A DNA stretch of 64,000 bases from a virus. The notes below the pieces were generated by a model. The model searched no databases, was not told where the DNA came from, and saw nothing but the letters and a program-made list of their open reading frames with translations. Position 1 is the stretch's first letter, and every line of letters begins with the position of its first letter. The DNA is taken from the IMG/VR virus record IMGVR_UViG_3300044701_002494, positions 1 through 64,000 of that record, one strand, 5' to 3'. Positions 53,812 to 64,000 of the stretch are shown here, one piece after another. Position numbers and translations under genes: made by a program.

Positions 53812-55509
53812 TTATATTTTGCCACCTTTAGGTTCTGGCAACTCTACTTGAGATACATCTACAGATGGTTCTATAGGAACTTCTCCACCAGCACCTTGCT
53901 CTATTGCTTGACCTGCACCTTCTCCACCACCGGGAGGTAATGGATTACCCATTTCATCTACTGGGGCATTTGGATCTGGAAGTATTCCTTTTGAAATTTC
54001 ATCTTCAATTTGCCCATCAATGTCAATGATTTCAGAGTCAGTTTGGCGAAGAATTTTCTTACGAACGTATTCAGTTGAAAAATATTTTCCAATGTATGGT
54101 TCAGCAGTTGTCAAAAGCGTCAATCGGTTTGTAAGAATTTCTGCTTCTTTAAGTTCAGAAAAATGATTATCATACAGAAAATCATATTGAATATGATCTT
54201 CCATTTTTTCCCAATCATCTGGAGAAACAATATTCTTCAAAATAAGTTGAGTTCTTAACATATCGTTAAACATCAACGCAAATCTTTTTCTAAGTCTCCC
54301 AACAAATTTGGAAAATTTTAATTCATCTCTTAGAATTTCTGACGATCTTCCAAGATTAAATCCATCTCCACCACCAGCAATTCTTGTTTCAGGAACACCT
54401 AATGCACGATATAATTTTTTTTGAAAATATTCAATATCAGCAAGTTCTCCTAGATTTTGACCTCCTGGGAGAGTTGTGATCTCTGTTCCTCTACCACCCT
54501 CTCTTCTGGGCAGCCAAAAATCTTCAAGCATAGACATATATTTTCTATCATCACGAATTTCTCCAGTATTTGCGTCATAAACTAATTTGTTACGATAACG
54601 ACTCATAACTTCTTTCAAATATTGTTCTGCCTTTACTTTAGGTAGATTTCCAACATCAATGTAAAAAATACGACGCTCTGGTGCTCTAGATAATCTATAA
54701 ATTACAAGAGAGTCTTCAATCATTCTTAATTGATTGAGAGCTTTAATTGCCTTGTGGAGATATGAAAGGACCGTTCCTTTATTTCTATCAACTAATCCGG
54801 AAGTGCAATATGTTATAGAGTCTTTAGCAATCTTAATGGAACCTTTTGAAGAACCACTCAAAGAACCCATTGGATAATTTGGTGCTGGTGAGTAAATAAA
54901 ATACTCTTCAATTTCCGAATAAGATAAATCTGTATTTGTCGAATTAATATTATTTGGTAGTTTACTTCCAATGATATTATTACCCTTATCGTTCGACCTA
55001 ATTTCTTGTCGAACGTGTTTCATTTTCATTGGATCAATATATCTCAACTCCTTTATCCCTTCTTCAGGTTTTTTAGTGTCAATTACCTTTAGATAGTATA
55101 ACCTTCCATCAATATACCAATTTCTAAAAATTTCGTGCGATTTTCTATCAAAGTCTAACATTTCTTTGATAGATCTAAACTCATTTCTAATAATTGTTTT
55201 GAGTTTTTCACTAGCATTTAAATTAGTTAATTCAATTTCAACAGGAGAGTCATATAAGTCACTTACAATTGCTTCATTTACAACGTCTTCAATTGCACCA
55301 TCACACTCTGGGTGTAAAGCCATTTCACGGTAGCGGCGCATTAAATCAAACTCAGTTCTATAGACACCTTCAATATCTACATATTGTCCATAAAATCCAG
55401 ATTGAATATAATAATCAACCCCGTCCTCATCTGATGGTGGAACGGGGGAAATTATAGATTTGGATTTTTCTTCTTTATTTTCAATCGAAAAACCAAAGAG
55501 TCTCGCCAT
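53812..55509 (-). CDS. gp20: Portal vertex protein (T4 gp20)
   Basis: YRLSRAPERRIFYIDVGNLP, EDFWLPRREG, RDELKF. Confidence 0.97.
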   Translation of the reverse strand: MARLFGFSIENKEEKSKSIISPVPPSDEDGVDYYIQSGFYGQYVDIEGVYRTEFDLMRRYREMALHPECDGAIEDVVNEAIVSDLYDSPVEIELTNLNASEKLKTIIRNEFRSIKEMLDFDRKSHEIFRNWYIDGRLYYLKVIDTKKPEEGIKELRYIDPMKMKHVRQEIRSNDKGNNIIGSKLPNNINSTNTDLSYSEIEEYFIYSPAPNYPMGSLSGSSKGSIKIAKDSITYCTSGLVDRNKGTVLSYLHKAIKALNQLRMIEDSLVIYRLSRAPERRIFYIDVGNLPKVKAEQYLKEVMSRYRNKLVYDANTGEIRDDRKYMSMLEDFWLPRREGGRGTEITTLPGGQNLGELADIEYFQKKLYRALGVPETRIAGGGDGFNLGRSSEILRDELKFSKFVGRLRKRFALMFNDMLRTQLILKNIVSPDDWEKMEDHIQYDFLYDNHFSELKEAEILTNRLTLLTTAEPYIGKYFSTEYVRKKILRQTDSEIIDIDGQIEDEISKGILPDPNAPVDEMGNPLPPGGGEGAGQAIEQGAGGEVPIEPSVDVSQVELPEPKGGKI

Positions 55510-55540
55510 TTTATAATTCTAGTTTGTTATGATATATTAT

Positions 55541-56131
55541 TTAGTTAATGTCTGCACCACCAGCATTTGCAGCATTACCTTTAATCGCTTCCCACCAGTG
55601 AACTTGTAGTTCAACAGGAAACTCTTGAATACTTTCATTTCCATAATCAAGAGGAATACTTCCAACACTAGTTGGAAAAACATCATAGAAATGATATGCT
55701 CTTAGAGTTTCTCCAGTACGATCTAATTGATAAACAAAAGCATCTGCTTGGTAAGCGGCTGGATCCGTAACACCTGTATTATCGGAAAGGCGATTAATTT
55801 TATTCATCCAATTTTCAAAAGCAGAACGAATTGAAAAATCGGTGTCATTAATGATTGTAATAGTCCAAGTTTCAAAAGTTCTATCTCCAGCAACTTTAAG
55901 AGTTCTACCTCTAAATGCAACTTCAATTGAAGATACATTTGATGCTGGAAGAGCAGCTGCTTTGACTAGAAATCTTGATTTGTCAAGAATTTCGGAATCA
56001 ACTTTTGCAATGTCTGGAAATGAGAGAACAACTTCAAAAAGATTGCTTCTTGTACCTCCACCAGTTAGCTTACTTTTGAAGTCAGTAATCTTTCTTAAAG
56101 GTGGTGGATTGATTTGATTTCTGGTTGCCAT
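55541..56131 (-). CDS. gp19: Tail tube protein (T4 gp19)
   Basis: RSNLFEV, FRGR.LKVAGDRTF, WTITIIND. Confidence 0.93.
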   Translation of the reverse strand: MATRNQINPPPLRKITDFKSKLTGGGTRSNLFEVVLSFPDIAKVDSEILDKSRFLVKAAALPASNVSSIEVAFRGRTLKVAGDRTFETWTITIINDTDFSIRSAFENWMNKINRLSDNTGVTDPAAYQADAFVYQLDRTGETLRAYHFYDVFPTSVGSIPLDYGNESIQEFPVELQVHWWEAIKGNAANAGGADIN

Positions 56132-56150
56132 AGTTCTTTAAACCTCTAAA

Positions 56151-58313
56151 TTAAAAGTTGCCGATTACTTCTTGGAAATCAACACCAGTCTTAGTGGCGA
56201 TGAAGGTTAGACCGATAAAGTTAATCGATCTGGATGGTTTAATATAAATGTCAGCAACAAACTCATTAGCATCAATAACTGCTGCAGTGTTGTTTGTTTC
56301 GTCGCAAACCACAACATAATCAAAAATTCCTCTCTTTGCCTGAACATCACGAAGGAAAGGTTCAATTGTGTTTACAAAATTAGTTCTAGTAATCTCATCA
56401 TTAAATTCGAAGAGTTGATCTTTTGCTGCTTGTGAAATTGCTTCCTCAAGGTATAAGAACAAACGACGAACATTAATTCGGTCAAACGCCGATGATTTTC
56501 CATAACCTGTTCTATCACCAAATAGAATAATTCCAGCGCCAGGTGAGAAGATAACTGGATTAATTCTATTTGTATATAAACGATCTCTTTGAGATTTGGA
56601 AGGATTGTATGGAAGTTTTACTGCGTTTAAGATTGCTCCTCTTGCAGTTCCGGCTGGGGAGAACCAGGGGAAATTATTAATGTCGGTTCTAGCGCAAAGA
56701 CCCGCAATATCACCATTCAATGGAACATATCTGAAGGTATTGCTAAATCTATCATACATATACTTATAACCGGAGTCAAATACTGCATAAGTAGTTGATG
56801 CAACGGAAGCAAAGAAACTTAAAACATTCGTTGTTGTAGTTTCTGCAGAATTAATATTTACTGCTGTTTGTGATGATGTATCTGTCAATGCAGAACCTCT
56901 ATAAGGTGAAATAAATGCAACTGCATCTTTCCTCAACTCCGCTACAGAAATAATTTTATTCGCAAGTTCTTGAGCAGTTTCTTTTGTATATGCTGCAGAA
57001 CCCATTAATAAGAAATCAATCTGGAAGTTTTCAGTATTCTCGAATAAATCATATCCAGACTTCAGTGAAGTAAGAGTAGCAGTTAATGCTCCAGTTGAAG
57101 TAATTCCAGTTTTTCCACCATAATTTAGACCATCATTTAATTTGTAGGTAGGAGCGCCTACAGAACCAAATATAATTCCTTCAGTTGCTTGATCCCACCC
57201 ATTATCAGTTGTTAAATCAAACTCCCCAGCATCAAATCCAGTTGTCGTTAATCCTGTTGGAGCACCTCCACCAAATACATAAAGCGAATTCTCTGCCAGA
57301 TACTTTCTCCAATAAGATGTAGAACCTACTGAATATTCTGCATCAGTTCCTTTAGAAAGATTTAGATGCTTTTCTAAAATTGTTCCAGCATTTCCTGTAA
57401 CTGTTCCTAAGTCATCAATTACAACAACATGAACTTCATCAAATCTTGAACCTCTTGATTCTGCAAATGCTGAGGTTACTGGTTTTGGAGCGAGATTATT
57501 CCAATTAATAGTAGAATTTGTTAACGTAATTGTTTGTTGGTCAAACCAATCAGTTTCTGATGTGTAACTAGTTACTCCATAGGAAACTGATTGTCCACTA
57601 GTATGAATTGCTACACTTCCAGTTTCAGTGAAACAATATACACCATTCTTCTGATAGTCAACATTAACTTCTGTTCCTTCTGCAGAAACTCTACTTAAAA
57701 TCTTTACATCAATTAAACTTACACCAATTCCTGTAACAACTCCTTTTAAGAAATAATCTGTAAGTGCTAATCCAACTCCAGTAGTAGAGTCTATTTTTCC
57801 ACTTAAAGATTGAGTTACTCCATATCCAACATAAATTCCTGTTGTAGTAATTCCACCAATAGTTTGATCTGCTTTACCATCAATGATTGCAACCTTTATA
57901 CCATTTGCCCAAGTTCCAGGATTTCTTGCAACAAAAGTTACATCAGGAATAATGTTTTCATCATAACCTAACTGATTATAATGATCTAAACTCTTTATTT
58001 TTACACTTGAAGCTGCTCCAACAAAAGCATTTTTTAGATCAGAGTCATCCGATCTAATTACTCTTAAATTTCCACCATAAGCAAGGTATGATGATGCAGT
58101 CAACCAAGTTTCATACTGCTTATCTGTTGTATAAGATTGTCCGAAAACTTGCAGTAAATCATTTTCATTTTCTACTAAGGTTGGCGAATCTACAGGGCCC
58201 TTAGCAAAAGGACCAACAATTGCTCCAGTAATATTTGCAGAGGGTCCAACTCTACCAATAGTTAGGTCAATTTCCTTTACTACAATTCCAGGAGATGCTA
58301 AATTTAGCGGCAT
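56151..58313 (-). CDS. gp18: Tail sheath protein (T4 gp18)
   Basis: SPGIVVKE, WFSPAG, FDRINVRRLF, KPSRSINFI. Confidence 0.96.
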   Translation of the reverse strand: MPLNLASPGIVVKEIDLTIGRVGPSANITGAIVGPFAKGPVDSPTLVENENDLLQVFGQSYTTDKQYETWLTASSYLAYGGNLRVIRSDDSDLKNAFVGAASSVKIKSLDHYNQLGYDENIIPDVTFVARNPGTWANGIKVAIIDGKADQTIGGITTTGIYVGYGVTQSLSGKIDSTTGVGLALTDYFLKGVVTGIGVSLIDVKILSRVSAEGTEVNVDYQKNGVYCFTETGSVAIHTSGQSVSYGVTSYTSETDWFDQQTITLTNSTINWNNLAPKPVTSAFAESRGSRFDEVHVVVIDDLGTVTGNAGTILEKHLNLSKGTDAEYSVGSTSYWRKYLAENSLYVFGGGAPTGLTTTGFDAGEFDLTTDNGWDQATEGIIFGSVGAPTYKLNDGLNYGGKTGITSTGALTATLTSLKSGYDLFENTENFQIDFLLMGSAAYTKETAQELANKIISVAELRKDAVAFISPYRGSALTDTSSQTAVNINSAETTTTNVLSFFASVASTTYAVFDSGYKYMYDRFSNTFRYVPLNGDIAGLCARTDINNFPWFSPAGTARGAILNAVKLPYNPSKSQRDRLYTNRINPVIFSPGAGIILFGDRTGYGKSSAFDRINVRRLFLYLEEAISQAAKDQLFEFNDEITRTNFVNTIEPFLRDVQAKRGIFDYVVVCDETNNTAAVIDANEFVADIYIKPSRSINFIGLTFIATKTGVDFQEVIGNF

Positions 58314-58396
58314 CTTTACTCTCCGTTATCCCGAATTATTCTAAAAGTATTTATTAAAATGATTATTTTAAACGGGGAAACAATACGTGAACAAAT

Positions 58397-58633
58397 TTAC
58401 CAATCCGGATATTGCCATTCTGAAATAACTACACCCTTCTTGTTAGATCTATTTCTTATAATTCTTTTCATAGTACACTGTTTACATTCATATGAATATG
58501 ATGATGGATATCCTTTTCTATCCTTGTGAGTCAAATAGAAGTCATTAATAAGATCTTTAGTTTTTCCACAAACCCTACATTTTCTTTCAGTGAATAGTAA
58601 ATGCTCCAGATCTATCTGATCTTCAAAGTCCAT
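58397..58633 (-). CDS. Small zinc-finger hypothetical protein
   Basis: CRVC...YECKQC, WQYPDW; TAATG coupling. Confidence 0.7.
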   Translation of the reverse strand: MDFEDQIDLEHLLFTERKCRVCGKTKDLINDFYLTHKDRKGYPSSYSYECKQCTMKRIIRNRSNKKGVVISEWQYPDW

Positions 58634-60330
58634 TACATATAATCCCACATGTAGGAACGGTCACCATATTCATCTAAATTCCAAACCTCTAGAGGGTTAT
58701 TTTGATTTTTTAAGTCTGCAGACAACCATCTATCTCCGGTTTTATGTTCAAAAAATGTATCAATATCATCAAAACCATCTGAAACAAATCCAAAAGGTGC
58801 CATATCCTGTTCAATTTGGTTTTTTTGCTCTTCATATATTCTTTTACGGACATCATTGTCCGTCATTTCTTTAAAGTATGGTTGTGCTACTAACCAAGAA
58901 AAAATAACCAAGCACATTGCCAAATCATCGTTACAACCCTCTTCAGCCTCAAAAGAATTGTGCCTTTGTGAAAATGTTGTAAGTTCTGATATAATGTCAT
59001 AATCGACAGTTAGTAACTTATCATCTTCCAATAAAGTTTTTAGATTAGAACATCCTAATTTTTTAACTGCGGCAGTCATTCTAACTCCAAGTTGAGATTT
59101 CTTTCCACTAAACCCAGAACCAACTAACTGACCAGCACGACCACGCATAGCACACATTAAAACATTGTCATACTCTAAATCAAAGTGAAGAATATTTGCT
59201 ACCTGGTCCCCAATATCATTAACTTCAATCAATAACCAAGAGTTATTGTATCCTCTTGCCACTTCGTTAATTATATTTGGAAATAACATTGGTTTTATTT
59301 CATTATTTTTATATTTTGCTACAATCCTATAAGGAAAATTAGTTATGTCGAAAACAACAAATGCAGAATAATCATTGCCAAGTCCCCTTGCAACGTCGAC
59401 AGTCATTAAGTAATTGTGATCTTCTTTGGGATGTTCGTAAACATCTAATCCAGCGTTCCTCTTTATTGGATCATCATATACAAGATTTTTAAGTTTTGCT
59501 GGATTAATAAGAGTGTTAATGGATCCTAAAAATTCACAATTAAACTCCACATTAAACTGCTGTTCGGAAGTATTAGCAATAGTCTGTGCCTTCCAATTTT
59601 CATCTCTACCTGGAACTTCAGACCAATGAACATCAGTGGGAATATATTCATTTCTACCACGCTCAGCATCGTGCCACATACGGTAGAAGTGGTTCATACC
59701 ACGTGGGGTAGAAACAATAATTACTTTCGTGCTTTGTCCAGAAGAAATAGTAGGATAAACAGAGGCAAAGAAGTCATCAGCAATGTGATTCGGGATGAAA
59801 GCGAACTCGTCAAGAAAGATAACATTATAGGATCCGCCTCGGACAGCAGATGAAGAAGTAGAGTTAGATGAAATCTTGGAGCCATTTTCTAATTCTAGAC
59901 TACCTTTATTCCAGGATATAATACCCTGTTGCATCCATTTAGGCAAGTTTTCGTAAGCAAGTTGCAATCTTCCAAGAAGGTCTCTTGCAGTAGATGCTTT
60001 GTTTGCCAGAATAGCGATATTTACATTATCGTTGAATACCGCATAATGTAAAAGATATGAAACAACAGTTGTAGACTTACCCGTCTGGCGGGGCATCTTA
60101 CAAATGTTGAAACGATTGTCATGGAAGTTTTGAATTAACCTTTCTTGGAATGGATACATCTCGAAAGGAACTAGACCATGATCAAGAGAAACAATCTTAA
60201 TGTAGTTTCTAGCAAAATAAACAGGATCTTCTTTACACCTTAAAAACTCAATAATTTGTTCTTCTGTAAACTCAATTTGCGTATTCGCTTTTTTGAGTAG
60301 AGGATTGCCAAGATATACATCACTAGACAT
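58633..60330 (-). CDS. gp17: Terminase large subunit (T4 gp17)
   Basis: YLGNP, PRQTGKST, FLDEFAF, STPRG, VDVARG, NDDLAM. Confidence 0.97.
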   Translation of the reverse strand: MSSDVYLGNPLLKKANTQIEFTEEQIIEFLRCKEDPVYFARNYIKIVSLDHGLVPFEMYPFQERLIQNFHDNRFNICKMPRQTGKSTTVVSYLLHYAVFNDNVNIAILANKASTARDLLGRLQLAYENLPKWMQQGIISWNKGSLELENGSKISSNSTSSSAVRGGSYNVIFLDEFAFIPNHIADDFFASVYPTISSGQSTKVIIVSTPRGMNHFYRMWHDAERGRNEYIPTDVHWSEVPGRDENWKAQTIANTSEQQFNVEFNCEFLGSINTLINPAKLKNLVYDDPIKRNAGLDVYEHPKEDHNYLMTVDVARGLGNDYSAFVVFDITNFPYRIVAKYKNNEIKPMLFPNIINEVARGYNNSWLLIEVNDIGDQVANILHFDLEYDNVLMCAMRGRAGQLVGSGFSGKKSQLGVRMTAAVKKLGCSNLKTLLEDDKLLTVDYDIISELTTFSQRHNSFEAEEGCNDDLAMCLVIFSWLVAQPYFKEMTDNDVRKRIYEEQKNQIEQDMAPFGFVSDGFDDIDTFFEHKTGDRWLSADLKNQNNPLEVWNLDEYGDRSYMWDYM

Positions 60331-60808
60331 ATTCGTACCCCCTTTCTGGACCCCAATGTTTCATTCTGTATGATAATCCCTGTATAGTTATTCCCACATC
60401 ATCTGCTGCTTCTTGTTGAGAAACATAAACCTTTCCATTTACAGAAACTTTTTTACTATTAGGATGTTTTTCTCCACCCTCATACTTATGACCAAAAGAA
60501 CGACCTTTTAATGCTTCACTCTTTTTCTTACAAGTTTCTTTGCTGTGCTTTCTACCTATATTTTTTTGAGTTGCCTTATTTAAATTTTCCATAAACCAAG
60601 CATCACTATGCCACCCATACTTATGTATTTCTCTACTACAAACATATAAATGCTCTGGAATATCTTTACCACCTTCGCATCTTGGTGGGAAGTGATGGGC
60701 ATCCATTCCTTTCATTTGTTCCCAAGTTAATCCCCAATTCTTACGGGCAATATTTCTTACCACCTTTGGAGATAATCTTTTGTCTGGAACTTTGATAATT
60801 GCGGGCAC
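60323..60808 (-). mobile_element. Free-standing HNH-type homing endonuclease gene
   Basis: DAHH...GG.D..HL...H variant HNH, HSKETCKKKS NUMOD3-like repeat, C-terminal HTH; GTG start; late promoter 60830-60837. Confidence 0.7.
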
Positions 60809-60832
60809 ATTTCAATCCCAATCTAAAAATAT

Positions 60833-60859
60833 TTATATAAGATAAATGTTATCACTCAT
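60833..60859 (-). pseudogene. Stranded remnant of the original gp17 start (MSDNIYLI*)
   Basis: Matches present gp17 start MSSDVYL|GNP; sits just after the upstream gene with GAGCAAAGG. Confidence 0.55.
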
Positions 60860-60865
60860 AATAAG

Positions 60866-62140
60866 TTACCTTTGCTCAATCCAGTTCAATACTGCAAGTG
60901 ATTTTTTATTAGTATTGGGACTTGCACAAACAAGTGTATAAGTGTCACTAATTGTTCCAATGCCACTTCTACCTAACTGAAGTGCTGCTTTAATATCAAG
61001 ATCAACTAACGCACCACTACCATTAATTACAAAACCACTCAAAAGATCACTTCCACCAGATACTGCAGTTTGAGTGATATTATACTGCATAAAAGAGTTT
61101 GGATCGGGATGATCTACCCAAGTTCCTCCAGTCAGTGTTGCATTTTGTAGAAGTTGCCAATAAACATTCGTATTGTCATCAGTTGCTGCCTGTAATGATC
61201 TCAAGAGCATTACACCAGTTAGATTATTGGATTTTAAACGAATGCTTATAATCGGATAGAATGTATTTGCTGATGTCATTGTTGTCCCTGTGATGGGATT
61301 TGATATGCTCAAAAGAGTTCCGAGTTTTTCTGGTTCTCCTTCCTGAATAAGAGAATTAGAACCCTGATACATGTAATGAGTTCCTGCAACACCAGTTACA
61401 TTTTCTATCTCAAGTCTAATAGGCAAGAAAGGAGTGGAACACCAAACTCCTGGGTTGGTATTTGCATTATCAAAAGTATGAGATGCAACAGTCTCATTCT
61501 TCATTAACCAAGCAAATTGAATTATACCTGCACCATACCATTCATAATTGATGGAAATCATTTGTTGTTTTGTTGGATCTGCAGTTACTCCAGTCCAACC
61601 ATTTCCATCAAACTTTTCACCATTCCAATCATCTCTGTATACTCTTGTTTCCGTAACAATTCCAGTTACACTACTGCGAATTACATAAGAATATGTTCCC
61701 CCATCATCCTCAAAATAAACACCATTATTTTCATCGAACAATCCAAATCTTCTACGAATACCTACTTTTGGTTGTTCTAGACGAACTGCAAATGCAAGAG
61801 TTGCACCCCTACCAGGAATGTATCTCATTACATTCTTGGTTTGACGAATTACTTTGCTTCCTGTAGTAGAACCAACTTGCATTATAATATTACTGGCATT
61901 TGCATTAAATGTTGCAGTCCCTACTCCAACTATTCTTTCATCCCATACATCAGTCTCTTTACCATACTGGAAGGTGTTGAAGAATACTGTTTGGAACGGA
62001 GATATTTTAAATCTGTTGTTGTTGGTGAATTGAGGTCTCCAGTCCGTCTGGTTTCCCCAGTGATCTGCGATATTGAAAACTTCAAATAAAGTTCTTTCTT
62101 GATTTAGAAAGTCTTGGTCATTCTTATTCCATTGTGCCAT
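60866..62140 (-). CDS. Putative virion structural protein, beta-rich
   Basis: 424-aa ORF in late region; RQTK..MRYIPG, YEWYGAG motifs. Confidence 0.7.
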   Translation of the reverse strand: MAQWNKNDQDFLNQERTLFEVFNIADHWGNQTDWRPQFTNNNRFKISPFQTVFFNTFQYGKETDVWDERIVGVGTATFNANASNIIMQVGSTTGSKVIRQTKNVMRYIPGRGATLAFAVRLEQPKVGIRRRFGLFDENNGVYFEDDGGTYSYVIRSSVTGIVTETRVYRDDWNGEKFDGNGWTGVTADPTKQQMISINYEWYGAGIIQFAWLMKNETVASHTFDNANTNPGVWCSTPFLPIRLEIENVTGVAGTHYMYQGSNSLIQEGEPEKLGTLLSISNPITGTTMTSANTFYPIISIRLKSNNLTGVMLLRSLQAATDDNTNVYWQLLQNATLTGGTWVDHPDPNSFMQYNITQTAVSGGSDLLSGFVINGSGALVDLDIKAALQLGRSGIGTISDTYTLVCASPNTNKKSLAVLNWIEQR

Positions 62141-62143
62141 TAA

Positions 62144-62452
62144 TCAATCACTCCACGATAGTCTTTCTGGTCTGTATCTTTGTGCGTTTTTAACTGTTAC
62201 TGAATTTGATGTTGAAGGGTAAATATTATGAACAATTGCTCCAGGATACTCTCCTTGTAGTTGTTCAGCAAGTTCATTTTTGCTCATCATTTTCCCTTCA
62301 AGTTCCATACGATATAATCTTCCTTGCCAGACTACATCTGCAAGAAAAGATTCGGTTGCTGTCTCTGGTTGGGATGCATTCATATAAAGATTTCCATTGA
62401 AATCTCCGGCAATATTGATGCTTTCGGAAATAAACTGTTGAAAGGATTTCAT
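62144..62452 (-). CDS. Hypothetical protein with capsid-targeting-like leader MKSFQQFISE
   Basis: ORF track; leader motif. Confidence 0.7.
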   Translation of the reverse strand: MKSFQQFISESINIAGDFNGNLYMNASQPETATESFLADVVWQGRLYRMELEGKMMSKNELAEQLQGEYPGAIVHNIYPSTSNSVTVKNAQRYRPERLSWSD

Positions 62453-62453
62453 T

Positions 62454-63887
62454 TTAGTTACAGTTCCAACGACGAAGTGCTTTGTTTATTCTTGAATCTG
62501 GATCTCTTGCAGTTTTTGTAGAAGTAAGTTTTGATTTCATTCCGGACATACGACGACAGAATGAAGCACGACGTTTTGCTCTTTTACCTTTTGGTTTCTT
62601 TTCAGTTACTGCAGTTTGTAATTTTGAACCAGGATTCTCACGCCGATAAGCATTAACTGCTTTTTGACTTAATCCATCAGTTTTATCTTGGCGATTAACT
62701 TTTTGCCAATCTTCAGACAATCCAAAATCTGCTCTCCAGTTTGAATATTCTTCGGTTTTCATCTCACCACTGTCGATATAATCTGCAGCAGAATCTAAAT
62801 AATCTGCGGCTTTTGTAATTTTTGATTGAACCCACGCTTCAATATTACCTTCACCCTTCATTTTTTTACGAAGTCTTTTTGCTGCGGAAATAATAGTAGA
62901 GATTTCCGAGCGAGCCATTGAATATTCATGGTCTTTCTCTTCGTTTGCGGGGTGTACCTGAGCAATATTAAATTTCATTTGATTTGAAGTAAGTGCTGGA
63001 GGTATTGAGAACATATCCCAAAACTTTGGTCCATACTTACACTCACTTCTAGTTTCATCTTTTTGACACTTTGGACAATATCTAATCATATCCACCGCTT
63101 CAGATTTTGTTCCCCAATTATCTGCACCAACTTTACGACACTTAACCAATGCTCCAGATGCATATGCACTTGGCCAAACATCATATCTTGACTTTACTTT
63201 ATGATAGCAAGCATCTTTTTTACCACTACCTTTTCCAGGTTTGTCTTTTATTTCTTGTAAATCCATTTCTTCTGTTCTAACATTAGTTGGCTTTGCACCA
63301 CCAGTTTTTTCTGGTTGATTTGGATCTAAACGATTTTTTCTTCTTCTTGCCGCCTCTTCTTCATCTTTGGAAAGTGCTCTTTTCATTTTAGAACTTCCAC
63401 ATTTTGGTGTTGAAGTTTGACCTGGTTGACGAGCACAAGGTTTACCTGCCCATTTACCACCTAATTGAACCCACCCTGCTTTTCCATCCGATGATTTAGA
63501 TTTTCCAAACCAATCATGAAGTCCTTCATCTCCAGATCTGGTTTCTTCTTTCACATCCTTAAATTTTTTATGATGCTTTTTGGCATCAGACTCCATTTTT
63601 TTTAGGCGAGTGTAATAATCTGGAATTTCATCAAGATGCTGAAGAGCAATTTCTCTTGCCAATTCACGATTTTTGGTGTGTTCATGTTCAATGGGTTCAC
63701 CCATTTGAAGTTGCTTTTCAATGAAAGAAACATCTAAACGATGCTTCTTTGCAATTTGCTCGGCGGTTTTAAATGCCTTTAATTGCTCTTTTAATTTTTT
63801 AATCTTACCTTGACAATGAGCTCTTTGAGAAAATCCCTTTGGATTGTCGCAATCAATTAACTTTTTATATTTTTCCGACCAACCCAT
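62454..63887 (-). CDS. Multi-module basic protein, putative internal head polyprotein
   Basis: String of short modules (DCDNPKGFSQRAHC; EHEHT...HLDEIPDYY; DACYHKVK...WPSAYAS; WVQSKITKA; RRASFCRRM). Confidence 0.75.
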   Translation of the reverse strand: MGWSEKYKKLIDCDNPKGFSQRAHCQGKIKKLKEQLKAFKTAEQIAKKHRLDVSFIEKQLQMGEPIEHEHTKNRELAREIALQHLDEIPDYYTRLKKMESDAKKHHKKFKDVKEETRSGDEGLHDWFGKSKSSDGKAGWVQLGGKWAGKPCARQPGQTSTPKCGSSKMKRALSKDEEEAARRRKNRLDPNQPEKTGGAKPTNVRTEEMDLQEIKDKPGKGSGKKDACYHKVKSRYDVWPSAYASGALVKCRKVGADNWGTKSEAVDMIRYCPKCQKDETRSECKYGPKFWDMFSIPPALTSNQMKFNIAQVHPANEEKDHEYSMARSEISTIISAAKRLRKKMKGEGNIEAWVQSKITKAADYLDSAADYIDSGEMKTEEYSNWRADFGLSEDWQKVNRQDKTDGLSQKAVNAYRRENPGSKLQTAVTEKKPKGKRAKRRASFCRRMSGMKSKLTSTKTARDPDSRINKALRRWNCN

Positions 63888-63900
63888 TAGAATATTGACA

Positions 63901-64000
63901 TTACTCCTTATTATTTAGAAAACCTTTTTTTAGTAGTTTTGATAATTCTGAAGTAGATCCTACAAAAACAGCATTATTTGTCACGTTATTAGTCGTTTTA
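63901..64000 (-). CDS. gp16: 3' end of probable terminase small subunit (gp16-like), partial
   Basis: ...TTNNVTNNAVFVGSTSELSKLLKKGFLNNKE*; position upstream of gp17. Confidence 0.75.
   Translation of the reverse strand, partial: KTTNNVTNNAVFVGSTSELSKLLKKGFLNNKE

Noticed and set aside
1-64000. Stop-codon reassignment or suppressor tRNAs
   Set aside because: Core genes read through in the standard code with TAA, TGA and TAG all used as stops; all tRNAs have sense anticodons.

Overview
64 kb segment of a large lytic T4-like myophage genome, most consistent with a freshwater cyanomyovirus (Kyanoviridae-like). This is inferred from gene order, class Ia nrdAB, mazG, hsp20, the cobS-like AAA/vWA pair, and TATAAATA late plus sigma70-type promoters. 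Almost everything is on the minus strand. Left to right: a tRNA operon (Ile, Pro, Glu, Asp, Tyr, Lys, Arg) with an elaborate regulatory leader; an envelope/lysis accessory island (~1-9 kb); low-complexity putative internal-head proteins; nrdB-nrdA-primase; the replication block (gp41, uvsX, gp43, regA, gp62, dam, gp44, gp45); gp46/47/55, uvsW/uvsY; and the head/tail/packaging block (gp3, gp23, gp22, gp21, gp20, gp19, gp18, gp17, end of gp16), with two free-standing homing endonucleases. Best candidate for a new system: an unannotated 33-codon leader ORF (674-775) that uses 19 of 20 amino acids, including 15 consecutive different residues. It sits in a complete 1:2 / 2:3 / 3:4 transcription-attenuator architecture directly upstream of the tRNA operon, followed by an rrn-type boxB/boxA. 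This looks like a universal tRNA-shortage sensor that would switch on phage tRNAs when any host tRNA is depleted. Other highlights: a lambda-type GGGAAAG -1 frameshift fusing a shared N-terminal domain to the lysozyme; a basic micro-ORF whose terminator lies before its stop codon (nonstop mRNA, ArfA/BrfA-like logic); an identical 30-bp promoter/leader duplicated 36 kb apart in opposite orientation; T4-type capsid-targeting leaders on enzymes; and a small-RNA/hairpin control element upstream of a homing endonuclease. All family assignments come from motif recognition by eye; no database search or folding program was run.
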